In this document: positions 37,334-46,464 of the stretch, in pieces
How the letters are laid out: every line of letters begins with the position of its first letter
How positions within the stretch are numbered: position 1 is the first letter of the stretch
DNA from: Candidatus Fraserbacteria bacterium
GTDB taxonomy: Bacteria; Bipolaricaulota; Bipolaricaulia; RBG-16-55-9; DRXL01
Reading direction: 5' to 3'
Length of the DNA stretch: 64,000 bases
Assembly (NCBI GenBank): GCA_947085185.1
Contig: CAMTVK010000021.1
Span: 28,698 to 92,697 of the forward strand
The notes under the pieces: generated by a model
What the model was told of the DNA's origin: nothing
Databases searched by the model: none
The model's input: the letters and a program-made list of their open reading frames with translations, nothing else
Program-made: the position numbers and the translations under genes

Positions 37334-38235
37334 CAACAGTGGGGCAACGCAAATCCGGCTATATGCTGGGAAGTCCGTCCCCTCACAGGGGTGCAGTGTC
37401 CGGCGCTACTAGTCTGAGACTAGTGAAAACGCGCGCGGCGCGGACAATCAGCAGGGAAGTCTTGGGAAGACCCCTCAACGACTGCACGCCGGACGGCACA
37501 GGTGTGCCGATGATACAGTCTGAACTTCCCGGCGACGGGAAGCCGTCTTAGGACGGGGTTCGGTCTAAAGAGGTGAGCTGCGTGCGGTCTCGACAGATCG
37601 AGATGTATAAGCAGAAGCTCGCCCTCACAGATATCCAACGAGAGATACTCGTTGGCCTGCTGCTTGGCGATGCCTGCCTTGAAACACAGAATCGGGGCAG
37701 GACCTATAGGCTCAAGATCGAGCACAGCGTTGCTCAAGCCCAGTATGTGCAGCACCTCTATGAAGTTTTTCGGGAGTGGGTGCTGGGTGGACCGCAGGTC
37801 AAGAGCCAACGGATCGCGGGCAAGATCTATCACAAGCTGTGGTTCAATACTGTGAGCCATAGCGCCTTCCGATTCTATGCTCAGCAGTTCTATCGGAACG
37901 GGGTGAAAGTCGTGCCTAAGCTGATCCATCGGTTTCTGACTGCACGGGGCTTGGCATACTGGTTCATGGACGATGGCTCGATCAAGTCGAAGGAGTCCAA
38001 AGCAGTGCTCTTCAACACCCAGGGTTTTGGCAACCACGATATAGCCAGGCTCATTGGGGTGTTGCAAGGGAAGTTTGGGCTGGAGGCCAAGCGCAGGTCT
38101 CAGCCGGAAGGGCAGCAGATCTATCTCTCTGGGAGATCCTATGAGCGTTTCTGTACGCTCGTCGAACCCTATGTGATCCCCCAGATGCGCTACAAGCTGC
38201 CTGAAAAAAGAAGCAGACCGAACTTAACGGAATTG
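37334..38235 (+). mobile_element. group I intron at 23S position ~2262 (902 nt) carrying a homing endonuclease gene
   Basis: Splits GGGGCGGTTGCCT^CCTAAAGAGTAACGG; P1 GTTGCCT/GGGCAAC; core ATGCTGG/TCAGCAG, GACTG/CAGTC; terminal G. Confidence 0.93.
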
Positions 38236-38247
38236 CCTAAAGAGTAA
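37582..38247 (+). CDS. double-motif LAGLIDADG homing endonuclease
   Basis: ILVGLLLGDACL and GLAYWFMDDGS motifs; AGAGGTG RBS; located in the intron 3' region. Confidence 0.93.
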   Translation: MRSRQIEMYKQKLALTDIQREILVGLLLGDACLETQNRGRTYRLKIEHSVAQAQYVQHLYEVFREWVLGGPQVKSQRIAGKIYHKLWFNTVSHSAFRFYAQQFYRNGVKVVPKLIHRFLTARGLAYWFMDDGSIKSKESKAVLFNTQGFGNHDIARLIGVLQGKFGLEAKRRSQPEGQQIYLSGRSYERFCTLVEPYVIPQMRYKLPEKRSRPNLTELPKE

Positions 38248-38399
38248 CGGAGGCGCGCAAAGGTCGGCTCAGCCGGGTTGGCGATCCGGCGGGGAGTGCA
38301 TGGGCATAAGCCGGCTTGACTGTGACCCCGACAGGGGGAACAGGTGCGAAAGCAGGCCCAAGTGACCCGGTGGCTCTGTGTGGAAGGGCCATCGATCAT

Positions 38400-38430
<31 letters not shown>

Positions 38431-38917
38431 AGTACCGCCCGAGAGTACACATCGACGGCGGTGTTCGGCACCTCGATGTCGGCTCAACTCATCCTGGGGC
38501 TGAAGCAGGTCCCAAGGGTCCGTCTGTTCGCCGGTTAAAGAGTTACGTGAGCTGGGTTCAGACCGTCGCAAGACAGGTCGGTCCATATCCGCCGCGAGCG
38601 CAAGAGGCTTGAGGGGCACTCTCCCTAGTACGAGAGGACCGGGAGGGCTGGACCTCTGGTGTACCAGCTGTTCTGCCAAGAGCACCGCTGGGTAGCTATG
38701 TCCGGACGGGATAAGCGCTGAAGGCATCTAAGCGCGAAGCCCACCCCAAGATGAGGCCTCTGAGAGCCCTGGGAGAACACCAGGTTGATAGGCCGCAGGT
38801 GTACGCGCAGCAATGCGTTCAGCCGAGCGGTCCTAATCGCTCCGTCGTTTGCGCGACGCACTCTATTCACTTTTGAGGGATCGAGGCGCCTGGGGGGCGT
38901 GGCGGTCCCTAAGAGAT

Positions 38918-39037
38918 TTCAGGTGGCCCAATAGCGGCGGGGAAACACCCGTTCCCATCCCGAACACGGCCGTTAAGCCCGCCTGCGCCGATGGTAGTGG
39001 GCTCGCGAGGGCCCGCAAGAGTAGGGCGCCGCCTGGA
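38918..39037 (+). rRNA. rrf: 5S rRNA
   Basis: ACACCCGTTCCCATCCCGAACACGG..GTTAAG...GCCGATGGTAG...GAGTAGG; terminal stem. Confidence 0.96.
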
Positions 39038-39113
39038 TTTTTTTCTGAGCAAAGTCATGGTGTCAGTGGCTCGATTGCAAGCATACCTTCGCCATAGTGC
39101 TCAACAGCAATAA

Positions 39114-39437
39114 GAATTGGGATCTGAAATCGAAAATCTTGTGCTGCGAGGCGTCTTGGAGAATCTCTTCACTTTTGATGGTCGGCTGGGACATGAGATC
39201 GTATTTGTGTACGAAGGCGAGCTTGTAGATAAGTCTCTGTACGCCCTTGATCAATTCCAAGCCCAAGAGAACGGGCAGCCGTTCATGGCGATCTGGCTCG
39301 ATCTGAAGGAGCTAGGAACAGGCGCGCTCGAGCTCGTCCCTGAAGGGCTTCTTCCCTTAGTACAAGGCGGGACAGGCGAAGAGTACCGCCCATCTTCCCA
39401 GACTTCCCCAAGAGCAGCCGCTCCATCGGGCGTGTAG
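39114..39437 (+). pseudogene. 5'-truncated NUDIX hydrolase fragment
   Basis: Begins at ELG (end of the Nudix box) after an in-frame TAA; LENLFTF.G..GHEIVFVY. Confidence 0.6.
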
Positions 39438-39610
39438 ACCCGCTCTTCGCCCCGGCGGTCCAAGGTCTTGGGTCTTCTCCCGTTCCGAAGGAGCCGGATG
39501 GCGGACTATGGTAACCGGTCGGTAACAGTTTCAATGAGTCAACTCGCCCCCTTGCCCATTCCCCACACTATACGCTATAATCTTTCAAATTCTCTAGTGC
39601 CGGAGGTGCT

Positions 39611-40393
39611 ATGAGCTCGGAGGTCTTGCTCGAGGTGCGCGAGCTCGTGAAAGACTTTGGCGGCCTGCGCGCCGTCAACAAGTGCTCTCTCGCAGTGAAG
39701 CGCGGCACGATCACAGGCTTGATCGGCCCAAACGGCGCGGGCAAGACCACGCTGTTTAATCTCATCACGGGCTTCTACAAGCCCGATAGCGGGCACGTGA
39801 TATTCCGGGGGGAAGAGATCACGGGATTACCTCCTCATCGAATCTTTCACAAGGGGCTCTGCCGCACCTTCCAGATCCCTCGGGAATTCAAGCAGATGAC
39901 GGTCCTGGAGAACTTAATGTTGGTGCCGGCGGGGCAGCGCGGAGAGAATATCTTCTACTCATGGTTTCTGCCCCATCTGGTGCGCCGCCAAGAGCGCGAG
40001 ATTCGCGAGAAAGCGCTCTCGGTCTTAGAGTTCGTCAATCTTATTCACTTGAAAGACGAGTATGCGGGGAACCTCTCAGGGGGGCAGAAGAAGCTCTTGG
40101 AGCTCGCGCGCACACTGATGGCTGACCCCCAGTTGGTCTTATTAGACGAGCCCGGTGCGGGGGTCAATCCCACTCTGATGAAGCGCCTAGCAGCGAATAT
40201 TCAATATCTGTGCGAGGAGAAAGGCATTACTTTCTTATTGATCGAGCATGACATGGACTTGGTGATGAATCTCTGCAATCCCGTCATTGTAATGAGCGAG
40301 GGGAGCAAGCTCGCGGAGGGCACCCCCGAGGAGATCAAAAAGAATCAGAGCGTCTTAGAGGCTTATCTGGGAGGGCAGTATGTCGCCCAATAA
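39611..40393 (+). CDS. livG: branched-chain amino acid ABC ATPase
   Basis: GPNGAGKTT, RTFQ, LSGGQKK, IEHDM, EAYLG. Confidence 0.92.
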   Translation: MSSEVLLEVRELVKDFGGLRAVNKCSLAVKRGTITGLIGPNGAGKTTLFNLITGFYKPDSGHVIFRGEEITGLPPHRIFHKGLCRTFQIPREFKQMTVLENLMLVPAGQRGENIFYSWFLPHLVRRQEREIREKALSVLEFVNLIHLKDEYAGNLSGGQKKLLELARTLMADPQLVLLDEPGAGVNPTLMKRLAANIQYLCEEKGITFLLIEHDMDLVMNLCNPVIVMSEGSKLAEGTPEEIKKNQSVLEAYLGGQYVAQ

Positions 40394-41132
40394 TACAGTT
40401 AGCAAGTTGGCAAGTTGGCAAGTTGGCAAGAATTTGCTCAAGGTTGAAAAAGTCACCGGCGGCTACGGCGATATGGAGGTGCTCCACGAGGTTTCCATTG
40501 AAGTGAAAGAAGGCGAGATCGTCTCGATCATCGGCCCTAACGGGGCAGGCAAATCAACTCTGATGAAGATGATCTTCGGTCTGCTTCGTCCCTGGCAGGG
40601 ACACATCTCTTTTAACGGCAGAGAGATCACGGGGTTGGAACCCGATCGAATCGTGCGCCTTGGATTATGCTACGTGCCCCAGATCGAGAACGTCTTTCCT
40701 TCGCTGACCGTGCAAGAGAATTTAGAGATGGGGGCCTTTATTTTAGACGGCGATATCACAGATAGATTGGAGCGGGTTTTTGCTCTCTTTCCATTACTCA
40801 AAGAACGTCGCAAGCAGCGGGTGGGCAAGATGTCCGGAGGGGAGCGTCAGATGGTGGCCATGGGGCGTGCGCTCATGCTTGACCCCAAATTATTATTGCT
40901 CGATGAGCCCTCGGCGGGCCTGGCGCCCAAGCTCGTGGAGATGATCTTCGAAAAGATTTTAGAGATTAACAAGAGCGGAGTAGCGCTCTTAATCGTGGAG
41001 CAGAACGCCAAGAAATCACTAGAGCTAGCCCATCGCGGCTATGTGCTGGCCAACGGACAGAACCGCTTCGAAGGCACGGGCAAAGAATTATTAAACAATC
41101 CCGACGTGGGGCGGCTGTATCTGGGGGGCTGA
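40380..41132 (+). CDS. livF: branched-chain amino acid ABC ATPase
   Basis: GPNGAGKST, MSGGERQM, VEQNA, YLGG. Confidence 0.92.
   Translation: MSPNNTVSKLASWQVGKNLLKVEKVTGGYGDMEVLHEVSIEVKEGEIVSIIGPNGAGKSTLMKMIFGLLRPWQGHISFNGREITGLEPDRIVRLGLCYVPQIENVFPSLTVQENLEMGAFILDGDITDRLERVFALFPLLKERRKQRVGKMSGGERQMVAMGRALMLDPKLLLLDEPSAGLAPKLVEMIFEKILEINKSGVALLIVEQNAKKSLELAHRGYVLANGQNRFEGTGKELLNNPDVGRLYLGG
40402..40430 (+). repeat. 8-bp tandem repeat (GCAAGTTG)x3.6 in the livF 5' end
   Basis: gcaagttg gcaagttg gcaagttg gcaag. Confidence 0.85.
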
Positions 41133-42191
41133 ATGAAGCGCAAGTCTAATCCCGCGGCAGCCCAGATAGAGAGACGGGCGCGCTATGAGCTTGGTCTCAG
41201 GGGCCTCAAAAAGGCGTTGGGGGCGCTTTTGTTGGCGGCGCTTATAGGACTGTTAGTCTGGGCTGCGCGGATCCAGGGAACCAGCGCCGAGCTACTGCTG
41301 TCGCTTAGCGTCTGGGGGGTGATGCTGGGCAGCATCATCGCTTTGGGTGCAATCGGGCTGTCTTTAGTTTATGGGGTTTTGCGGTTTGCCAACTTCGCCC
41401 ATGGGGACCTGATGACGGTGGGGGCCTATGCGGCTTTTGCCATCATGCCCCTCTTGCCTCAGGGGGCGCCGCTGGCGCCTTTTTCATTCGGCTGGGAGTT
41501 TTTAGTGGCGCTGCTTTTGGCCATGCCGATCGCGGGGCTGGTGGCCTTTGGGGCAGATCGGGTGCTTTATAAGCCGTTGCGAAGGCGGAGAAGCTCTTCG
41601 GTGATCTTAGCGATGGCCTCGCTGGGAGCGGCCTTCTTTGTGAGAAGCATAATCTATTTGGCTTGGGGGGCCGACTTTGAGTTCTATTATCAGCGGCCGA
41701 GACCCGCGCTCGAGCTGCCCTTAGGCGTTCGGGTCCGGCCGGATCAGTTCTTCATTCTTGGGCTGGCCCTGCTTTTGATTTTTTTGATCTATCTTTTGCT
41801 CGAGAGAACCAAGATGGGCAAGGCGATGCGGGCCACGGCGGACAACCCCGAGCTGGCTCGTGTCACGGGCATTAACACCGAGCGCGTGATTCTGTGGACG
41901 TGGGTAATCGGAGGGGCGCTGGCCGGGGCCGGCGGGGTGATGCTCGCCCTCGATTCGTCGCTTCGCCCAGAGATGGGCTGGTCCTTCCTTTTGCCGATGT
42001 TCGCCGCCGTCATCTTAGGCAGCATCGGCAACCCTTATGGAGCACTAGTAGGCGGACTGATCATCGGGGTCGTGATTCAAGTCTCGGCCGCCTTCTTAAA
42101 CCCCGCCTACGGGCCGGGAGTGGCCTTTCTCATCATGATCATCATTCTCTTAGTGCGCCCCCAGGGGATCTTCGGCAAACCGGGAGGTTAA
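41133..42191 (+). CDS. livH: branched-chain amino acid ABC permease
   Basis: ANFAHGD, GKAMRATADN, RPQGIFG. Confidence 0.9.
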   Translation: MKRKSNPAAAQIERRARYELGLRGLKKALGALLLAALIGLLVWAARIQGTSAELLLSLSVWGVMLGSIIALGAIGLSLVYGVLRFANFAHGDLMTVGAYAAFAIMPLLPQGAPLAPFSFGWEFLVALLLAMPIAGLVAFGADRVLYKPLRRRRSSSVILAMASLGAAFFVRSIIYLAWGADFEFYYQRPRPALELPLGVRVRPDQFFILGLALLLIFLIYLLLERTKMGKAMRATADNPELARVTGINTERVILWTWVIGGALAGAGGVMLALDSSLRPEMGWSFLLPMFAAVILGSIGNPYGALVGGLIIGVVIQVSAAFLNPAYGPGVAFLIMIIILLVRPQGIFGKPGG

Positions 42192-42195
42192 TTGA

Positions 42196-43392
42196 ATGGA
42201 ACCTATCGTGAAGATCTTTCTCATCGCGATTCCGCTGGCTATCCTAGCTGGGCGTCTCCTCCCTCTGAAGTGGGTTTGGCGGCTGCCGCTTGGGGCCGCC
42301 ATCGGCTTGGGTTTAGCCTTCCTCTTCACTTGGCTGGTGCCCCCAGGGATCACAGCCTATCTGGTCTCGTTTGCGATCATGGCCTCTATCTTTGCGATCT
42401 TCAGCCTGGGGCTCAACGTGCAGTGGGGCTACACGGGGCTGTTTAATATTGGGATTGCGGGCTTCTTTGCCATTGGGGCCTTCACATCGGCCTTGTTTAC
42501 GAAGGCCATGCCTCCCCCTGAACTCGCGCCTTGGGTCAAACAGGCCTTCGGGCTAGAGATGCCGTTTTTAGTAGGGGTTTTAGCTGCCGCGGTCGTCTCA
42601 GGCCTAATTGCTCTCCTCATCGGGATCCCCACGCTCAAACTTCGCGAGGACTATTTGGCCATTGCCACCATCGGGATCGCGGAGATTATTCGTTTGATCT
42701 TTCAGAACGAGCGCTGGTTGGCCAACGGCCCCCAGCCCTTGATCGGCATCCCCCAGCCGCTGTACTGTCTCGTGCAGGATCCCCCGTGCGCTTGGCTACC
42801 CGCGCCCTTGCAAACTTTGTTTGCGCCCCTGGAGCCTCGTGACTACACCTACATCTATCTCGCGATTGTGGTGCTCTTTGTGGTACTCATTTATTTAGCC
42901 ATCGAGCGGGCCATTCGATCTCCCTGGGGGCGAGTGCTCAGAGCCATCCGCGAAGAAGAGACTTCTGCCGCCATGAGTGGCAAGGCGATTTTCGCCTTCA
43001 AGATGCAGGCTTTGATCATCGGGGCCATGATCATGGGGATGGGCGGGGCGCTCTATGCCCACTACATTGCCTCGATCGACTATGGGCACTTCACCCCGCT
43101 CTATGCCACATTTATTATTTGGGTCATGCTGATGCTGGGGGGCAGCGGCAACAACAAAGGGGCCATGTTGGGGGCATTCGTCATCTGGGGGGTGTGGATG
43201 GGCAGCGCGTTTCTCACGGATTGGCTGCGGCCACTTTTGCAGGCCATCTCGCCCGATCTACCTGCCCGCAGCCCCTATATTCGCTATCTTTTGATTGCGG
43301 TGCTTTTGGAGCTTATTTTGCTCTTTCGGCCCCAGGGGCTTTTAGTGGAGGAAAAGCGGGTGTCAAAGCTCCTCGAAGAGAAACGGGGCTGA
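42196..43392 (+). CDS. livM: branched-chain amino acid ABC permease
   Basis: GLNVQWGYTGL, LREDYLAIAT, SPWGRVLRAIRE, GGSGN. Confidence 0.9.
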   Translation: MEPIVKIFLIAIPLAILAGRLLPLKWVWRLPLGAAIGLGLAFLFTWLVPPGITAYLVSFAIMASIFAIFSLGLNVQWGYTGLFNIGIAGFFAIGAFTSALFTKAMPPPELAPWVKQAFGLEMPFLVGVLAAAVVSGLIALLIGIPTLKLREDYLAIATIGIAEIIRLIFQNERWLANGPQPLIGIPQPLYCLVQDPPCAWLPAPLQTLFAPLEPRDYTYIYLAIVVLFVVLIYLAIERAIRSPWGRVLRAIREEETSAAMSGKAIFAFKMQALIIGAMIMGMGGALYAHYIASIDYGHFTPLYATFIIWVMLMLGGSGNNKGAMLGAFVIWGVWMGSAFLTDWLRPLLQAISPDLPARSPYIRYLLIAVLLELILLFRPQGLLVEEKRVSKLLEEKRG

Positions 43393-43487
43393 AGTCAGCG
43401 CACCCACAGCATCGCCACGCTTATGATAGGCCAGATCGCGAATGAGCTGCTTTGCCGGAGGATTGGAGAAGCTTTGGGTAAGAAAAC

Positions 43488-43518
43488 CAAAGCGGGGGCC
43501 TCGCTTGAGACCCCCGCT
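43488..43518 (-). terminator. intrinsic terminator of the SBP gene
   Basis: AGCGGGGG...CCCCCGCT hairpin followed by T residues on the minus strand. Confidence 0.6.
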
Positions 43519-43550
43519 CACTCGATTCCGTCCGTTGGGTCTATTTGAGC

Positions 43551-44864
43551 TTACTCCGGCGGGATCTCGTCGGCCTTTCTGATTAGCACCGTCTTGATGG
43601 TGCCGCCGGTGTACATCCAGATCGCTTGAGGCGTGACCACGTCGCCGTTTTTGTCGAAGTCCTGCTCTCCCGCCGCGCCGGAGTAGTTAATGTCTGCCGG
43701 TGGCGTCTTCTTAAGCTCATCGAAGGCTTTCTTGAACTCGTCTACGCCCACAATCGCCCCAGGCGGGTTAGAGACGATGCGCAGCCGGTCACGCAGAGCC
43801 GTCCCCGTAATGGCAGCTCTGTCTACGATGGCCTTGGCGATAGAGAGCCCGATGACCGCCACGGCGTCGTAGGCCGAGTCCATGAAGGGCAACGGAGGCT
43901 TGGTGCCATACTTCTTCTCATAAGCCCCTGAGAACGCCTTGAAGCCTCCCCGCTCGGGGTCGGAACCTGGAGACGTCCCCAGCTTGCCTTCTAAGTCCTT
44001 GGCTCCGATCGCCTTGATGATCTCCTCTGACTGCGTGCCGTCCACAAACTGCCAGCTCGTGTATTTGAAGATGTCGCGGGACTCCTTCAAGTAGACGGTG
44101 GCATGGCCCGGATAGCCGATGGCCAAGAGCACTTCGGGATCGTCCTTTAAGGCCAGTGCTAGCTCTGACGTGTAAGTGGGCTTGGGCTCCTCAGGGTGAG
44201 GCACCTGAGCCGTCACCACGCCGCCCCTAAGCTGGAAGGAGCGAGCGAAGACGTTGCTCAACCCCTGGCCGTATGGGTTGTTCACGTATATCGTCGCAGC
44301 GGTCCTGTACTTCTTGCCGATGGGCAGGAACTCGCCGCGGGCCAGCTGGGCGGCTACGACGCCCTGAAACGCATCGGAGGCTGTGGTGCGGAACAGAAAA
44401 TCTTGGCCCACATCGGCGGGCAGGATGGTGATGAGCGGCGAAGTGGATGCGGGTGAGATTTGCAACACCTTATTCGGGATCGTCACTGTCGTGGCAATAG
44501 GGATGGTCACACCGCTGGCGAGTGAGCCCACGATGGCCGGAACCTTATCGACCTCCACGAGCTTCTTGGCCTTGTCAACGCCGATGGCCGCTGTGGTGCC
44601 TGAGTCCTCGTGGATCAGCCTGATGATCGGTCCGCCGAGGACGGCTCTGGCGGCTTCGTTGATCTGCTCCGCTGCCAGCTCAGCAGCGTTGCGGAAGGGC
44701 GGGCCGAACTCTGCCAACGCTCCCGTATAGTCAAATAGCGTACCCACGGGCACGACCGGCGGCTGGGCGGCGAAGATCGGCCCTCGCAAGACCCCGCTCA
44801 ACGTGGCCGTCCCAACAGCAAGCCCAATCCCCTTCAAGAACGTACGGCGTTTGAGAGCTTTCAT
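43551..44864 (-). CDS. ABC substrate-binding protein (Leu/Ile/Val-binding fold), Tat-exported
   Basis: Tat motif KRRTFLKG; TGALAEFG, ISPASTSP, FRT..SD, YGQG. Confidence 0.88.
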   Translation of the reverse strand: MKALKRRTFLKGIGLAVGTATLSGVLRGPIFAAQPPVVPVGTLFDYTGALAEFGPPFRNAAELAAEQINEAARAVLGGPIIRLIHEDSGTTAAIGVDKAKKLVEVDKVPAIVGSLASGVTIPIATTVTIPNKVLQISPASTSPLITILPADVGQDFLFRTTASDAFQGVVAAQLARGEFLPIGKKYRTAATIYVNNPYGQGLSNVFARSFQLRGGVVTAQVPHPEEPKPTYTSELALALKDDPEVLLAIGYPGHATVYLKESRDIFKYTSWQFVDGTQSEEIIKAIGAKDLEGKLGTSPGSDPERGGFKAFSGAYEKKYGTKPPLPFMDSAYDAVAVIGLSIAKAIVDRAAITGTALRDRLRIVSNPPGAIVGVDEFKKAFDELKKTPPADINYSGAAGEQDFDKNGDVVTPQAIWMYTGGTIKTVLIRKADEIPPE

Positions 44865-45018
44865 CAAAACACCCCCTAAAGTTTTGGCGTTGGAGCCGTC
44901 GAGCACCGCAAAAAATAACTACACTCAGATTCCTCCATTATTTTTTGCCAACCACCTCCTGGCATCTGATTTTCGTCAGCTGTTCTTCCGGCGCTCGACG
45001 GCTTTTTGAGTGAGCAAT

Positions 45019-45047
45019 ATTATATATCTGTCCCTTTGGGGAGTCAA
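45019..45047 (-). promoter_or_regulatory. sigma70 promoter of the SBP gene (~150-nt structured leader)
   Basis: TTGACT-17-TATAAT on the minus strand. Confidence 0.75.
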
Positions 45048-45105
45048 GACCCCCCCTGAGCGTCATTTGCTAGTTGAGCCTCGGCTATGCTATGCTTAAA
45101 TATCA

Positions 45106-45669
45106 ATGAAAGAACACAAAGCGATAGCTGATCTCGTGCGGCGTTTGCTCGCTCATATTGGGGAGGATCCCCAGCGCGAGGGCCTGCGCCAGACCCCACA
45201 ACGCTTCACAGAGATGCTCGAAGCGCTCACCATGGGCTATCGCCAAGATCCAAAAGAGATCATCTCCGGGGCGATCTTCCCCGTAGCCTACGACCAGATG
45301 ATCGTCGCCAAAGATATTCTCTTTTACAGTTTGTGCGAGCATCATATCCTGCCCTTCTTCGGCAAAGCTCATGTGGGCTATATCCCCGACGGCAGGGTGC
45401 TGGGCATGAGCAAGATCCCCCAGATCGTCGAACACTTCTCGAAGAGGCTGCAAATACAAGAGCGCATGAGCGAGGAGATCGCCGATTTCTTAATGGAAGC
45501 GCTCACTCCCAAGGGGGTCGGCGTCGTCGTCGAGGGCTTTCATCTGTGTATGGCCATGCGAGAGCTCCAAAAAGACGCATGGCTTGTCACCAGCGCTGTC
45601 AGGGGCCTCTTCAAGAGAGATCCGCGCACCCGCGCGGAGTTCATGGAGCTTATTGGGCGACGCTTATGA
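45106..45669 (+). CDS. folE: GTP cyclohydrolase I
   Basis: REGLRQTPQR, SLCEHHILPF, RLQIQER, HLCM. Confidence 0.95.
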   Translation: MKEHKAIADLVRRLLAHIGEDPQREGLRQTPQRFTEMLEALTMGYRQDPKEIISGAIFPVAYDQMIVAKDILFYSLCEHHILPFFGKAHVGYIPDGRVLGMSKIPQIVEHFSKRLQIQERMSEEIADFLMEALTPKGVGVVVEGFHLCMAMRELQKDAWLVTSAVRGLFKRDPRTRAEFMELIGRRL

Positions 45670-46049
45670 GACGGCATCAAGACTGGCTTCGTCAAGCCAA
45701 GCGCAAGCTGGAGTCAGCTCAGTGGGCTATCCAAGGGCAGTTCTACGAAGATGCGTGCTTCGCTGCCCAGCAAGCAGCAGAGCTCGCCGCCAAAGCCCTT
45801 TTAGAGAGCCAAGGACGGATCGAGCTCGGCCATTCTGTGCTGCAACTGCTCAAGGCTGCCGGAGTGCGCCAGCGCAAGATCCTCGCCGCGGCTCGCCTCC
45901 TGGATCGGTATTATATACCCACACGATACCCTAACGGCTTTGCTCAAGGGGCTCCTATGGATTATTATGATAAGCCCACAGCCCAGGAGGCGGTACGCCG
46001 TGCGCAGGATATCGTGGACTTCGTGGAAACCCAGATTAGCAGCGTATAA
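45666..46049 (+). CDS. HEPN domain protein
   Basis: ACFAAQQAAELAAKA, GHS, LDRYYIPTRYP; ATGA-coupled to folE. Confidence 0.9.
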   Translation: MRRHQDWLRQAKRKLESAQWAIQGQFYEDACFAAQQAAELAAKALLESQGRIELGHSVLQLLKAAGVRQRKILAAARLLDRYYIPTRYPNGFAQGAPMDYYDKPTAQEAVRRAQDIVDFVETQISSV

Positions 46050-46053
46050 GCAC

Positions 46054-46464
46054 GTGGCAGCGCTCGAGGCCTTCCTGCAACGCGCCCAAAGCCACCTCCA
46101 CCCAGCTGCCCTCATTCTCTTCGGCTCGCTTGCTAAAGACGATTATCACCAACAGAGCGACGCCGATGTCTGCGTCATCTTAGATCACCCCTCGGTGGAC
46201 TTCTTTGCAGGGTACGATCGCGTCGCACGCTTAGACCCAGAGGGCATCGTCCAGCCCGTCGTCTTTGGCACAAAGCAATTTCTTGAGCAGATATCTGCGG
46301 CCAACGCGCTCGCCTTGGAGATCTGTCATGATGGCATCGTCTTGGCTGGGCGTGAAGACTATCTCGATCAAGTAGCGTTGAGCTTCGCTCGTGTCCGCTA
46401 CGCCAAGACTGCTACGGGCTGGATTAAAATCCCGCACCGTCGCTCGGCGTATACGAGATCGTGA
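46054..46464 (+). CDS. minimal nucleotidyltransferase (MNT) antitoxin (start uncertain)
   Basis: ILFGSLAK......SDADV motif, next to the HEPN gene. Confidence 0.8.
   Translation: MAALEAFLQRAQSHLHPAALILFGSLAKDDYHQQSDADVCVILDHPSVDFFAGYDRVARLDPEGIVQPVVFGTKQFLEQISAANALALEICHDGIVLAGREDYLDQVALSFARVRYAKTATGWIKIPHRRSAYTRS

Noticed and set aside
39509-39530. GGTAAC direct repeat upstream of the livG promoter as an operator
   Set aside because: Only two short copies and no adjacent regulator; insufficient support
45333-45665. N-terminal extension of the HEPN ORF; likewise the extended starts of the 8549, 10541, 17233, 29192, 49519 and 50927 ORFs
   Set aside because: The extensions overlap neighbouring genes or promoters; downstream starts with RBS or translational coupling were chosen
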